Source: an uncultured delta proteobacterium (GTDB lineage Bacteria; Desulfobacterota; Desulfobacteria; Desulfobacterales; UBA2156). From it: a stretch of DNA of 64,000 bases. The stretch is taken from the NCBI GenBank assembly GCA_963736855.1, contig CAVTQK010000017.1:163604-227603 (forward strand), given 5' to 3'. This document shows, piece by piece, positions 61,091 through 64,000 of the stretch. The notes under the pieces were generated by a model. The model was not told the DNA's origin. It made no database searches and saw only the letters and a list, made by a program, of their open reading frames with translations. Positions within the stretch are counted from its first letter, which is position 1; each line of letters starts with the position of its first letter. The position numbers and the translations under genes were made by a program.

Positions 61091-63950
61091 ATGAGTAAGG
61101 TATTCGACCAGGGCAAAGATGAAGTTGCAAAGCTGTGCCGGTACTTTGCCACGAACCGGCAGTCTTTCCTCGCCCCTGGAGTCAAGGAAGCCCACATCCG
61201 CCAATCGCTCATCGATCCTTTTTTCGAGGCCCTTGGTTGGGACATGCGCAACGCCTCCATGGCCGCACCCCAGTATCGCGAAGTCATTACCGAAGACAGT
61301 CTGGATGTGGAAGGCCAACAGAAGGCGCCCGACTACACCTTCCGTGTCGGCACATTGCCGAAGTTCTACGTCGAAGCCAAAAAATGCGGTATCAATATCA
61401 ACGCCGATTCCGCACCGGCCTATCAACTTCGCCGCTACGGCTTCAGCGCCAAACTTGCCCTGTCCATCCTGACCGACTTCGAGGAACTGGGCGTGTACGA
61501 TTGCGCCTCTCGCCCGCGACCCGGCGATAAGGCCAGCCATGCCCGTATCCAGTATTTCGGGTTCAGCGAGTATCCCGACCGCTGGCGGGAGATTTGGGAC
61601 GTGTTCTCGCGCGAGGCCGTCTGGTCCGGGATGTTCGACCAGTATGCCGCCTCCAAACGCAAGCGAGGCACCTCCGAGGTCGACAGCGAATTTCTGAAGG
61701 ATATCGAAGGCTGGCGCGATGTATTGGCGCGAAACCTCGCCCTGCGCAACAGCGATTTGTCGGCAGACGATCTCAACGCCGCCGTTCAGCGGATCATTGA
61801 CCGGATCGTCTTTTTGCGCATGGCCGAGGATCGCGGACTGGAGTCTTACGGGCAATTGCTCAAACTCTGCGAGCAGCCGGACATCTACGCCCGTTTTATG
61901 AGCGGATTGTGCCGTAAGGCCGATGAGAAATACAACTCCGGCCTGTTCCACTTCCAGAAAGAACCCGGCGTCTCCGATGCACCGGACACGCTCACGCCGC
62001 GCCTGGCCGTGGACGACAAAATCCTCAAGCCAATCTTGCAAAGCCTCTATTTCGAGCACGGCAGCCCGTACCACTTCGGCGTCCTGCCGGTGGAAATCCT
62101 GGGCACGGTGTATGAACGCTTTCTGGGCAAGGTCATCCGCCTGACCGCCGGCCATCAGGCCAAGGTCGAGGAAAAACCCGAAGTGCGCAAGGCCGGCGGC
62201 GTGTACTACACCCCGGCTTACATCGTGGACTACATCGTCCACAACACCGTCGGCAAACAGATTGAAGGCAAAAGCCCGGCTGATCTCGCCGGCGGCAAGA
62301 ACGGCCGGCCTTTTCGCGTGCTCGACATGGCATGCGGCAGCGGCTCCTTCCTCCTCGGCGCTTATCAGTTCCTGCTCGACCATTGCCTGAAATGGTATCA
62401 GGCAAACCCTTCCAAAAAACACGCCAAAGCAGTCTGGCAGAACGCCAAAGGCGAAACCCGTCTCACCATCGCCGAACGCAAACGCATCCTCACCACCCAC
62501 ATCTTTGGCGTTGATATCGACCGCCAGGCCGTTGAAACCACCAAACTCTCTTTGCTGCTGAAAGCCCTCGAAGGCGAAAACGACACCACCCTATCCCGGC
62601 AGATGACTCTCTTCCACGAACGCGCATTGCCGAATCTGTCGGATAACATCAAAGTGCGGAAACTCCCTTATCGCCTCCGACTTCTCCATGGTTCCCGAAG
62701 ACCTTGTGCGCGTCCATGCCTTCGACTGGCCCGCGCAGTTCCCCGAGGCCATGAAAGCCGGCGGGTTCGATGCGGTGATCGGCAATCCGCCGTGGGGTTG
62801 CCTCCTTAGTGAGCAGGAAAAGCATTACATGTTTCATCACTATGTGAATCGTCGTGGTGAAGCAGAATCGCACTTATTCTTTATTGAACATGGCCACCGA
62901 TTACTTAAGGCAACCGGGATGCTTGGCTTCATCACACCCAATACGTGGCTCGCGGTGTTGAACTCAAAGGAGATCCGTGAATACCTCCTCAAGCATGCTG
63001 CATTCTCTGAAATCTGCGAGCTCTCGAAATACATTTTCGCCGATGCACCGGATATTGTCCCAATCCTCGTGTTCCTTGGCAAGAAGCCGATCAATTCACA
63101 GAAATGTGTCGTGCGGCGGGCGAACGTGAGCAAGGTGCATTCAAGTAATTTTCCTGATGTGTTTACCGCCGATGAAGTTGACCAAGCCGTATGGTTTACT
63201 TCAAAAGGAGCTACCATCAACCTCCGGGCCACCGATTCAACGGTTCGAGTATTGTCGAAGTCTGTCAAAATCAGCATTCCGCTGGGAGATTTATGCGATG
63301 TAACATACGGGATAAAGACGGGCGACAACGAGACTTTTGTGTCCAAGACTCGTTCAGAAACGCACAAAGCAAAGGCGTTGAAGACTGGCGAACTCGCCCG
63401 TTATCTAATTACATGGAAGGGCTTCTACCTGTGGTGGTGCAACAAACTGGCAGGTTACCGGGTGTCGTCGTTAGAGGTGCCCAAAATTGTTGTGCAGTAT
63501 ATCCGTAAGATCAGCCTACCCCGAAGGCTCATCGCAGCCCTGGATGAACATGGAGTCTATTACCCCCTCAACAATTACTCCTACGTCACCGTGCGGGCCA
63601 CGGATTATTCGTTGCTCTACATCCTTGGCATTTTCAACTCGTCACTTATCAACTTTTACTTCGCTAACACGTTCATTGACTACAACATCAAACCGACATA
63701 CCTACAACAGCTTCCCATACGCACGATTGACTTCTCCACTCCCACCGACAAAGCGCGCCACGACAAGCTGGTGGCTTTGGTGGACAAAATGCTGGCGCTG
63801 ACGCCGAAGTTGCGTGGGGCCGCATCAGAATCCGAAAAAGCGACGTTGCAGAACGCTGTCACGACGACCGACACGGAGATCGACCGTCTGGTGTACGAAC
63901 TGTATGGCCTGACGGAAGAGGAAATCAAAATCGTGGAAGGTGAATCCTGA
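61091..63950 (+). CDS. Type IIG/IIL fused restriction endonuclease-N6-adenine methyltransferase (Eco57I/TaqI-C-like), frameshifted near 62652
   Basis: PDY...EAK nuclease, GVYYTP, DMACGSG and NPPW. Removing one A restores NIKCGNSLI. Confidence 0.88.
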
Positions 63951-63960
63951 CGATGACGCC

Positions 63961-64000
63961 GCCAAACCACAGTTGAAACAGACGGCGATACCGAGAACTC
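63961..64000 (+). other. Left part of putative attC site 3 (cut by window edge)
   Basis: (C)GCCAAAC 10 nt after the stop, nearly complementary to the GTTAGGCG that opens the cassette. Confidence 0.4.

Overview
Bacterial chromosomal window. Gene content and codon style suggest Desulfobacterota/deltaproteobacteria (inference). From left to right: DUF1015; tRNA-Ser(CGA); a sigma54/two-component cluster whose kinase is split by an in-frame amber codon; tRNA-Ser(GGA); dnaX-ybaB-recR; a degenerate glutamate racemase; an M48 protease; tRNA-Phe; FHA-HD-GYP divergent from glgP, a cdaA/YbbR fusion and an ECF sigma/anti-sigma pair; mltD; lutABC; a VIT/vWA protein; a probable LCIB/theta-type carbonic anhydrase; sucA-sucB-lpdA; and lipoproteins. 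Next is an uncharacterised catabolic-looking locus: two class III CoA-transferase subunits, four small novel proteins (including a BssB/C-like Fe-S candidate and a Zn-ribbon protein), an MBL-TPR hydrolase and a divergent acyl/aryl-CoA ligase. An alternative complex III operon continues into a cbb3-type oxidase module. The right end is an integron-like attC cassette array (DinJ-YafQ, SAM methyltransferase, type IIG/IIL R-M) with no integrase in view. Five MITE-like elements share the same ends but carry two different cores, one showing clear base-pair covariation. Five genes carry single-base frameshifts at short homopolymers, most likely sequencing or assembly indels. All product calls come from motif reading only; no database searches were run.
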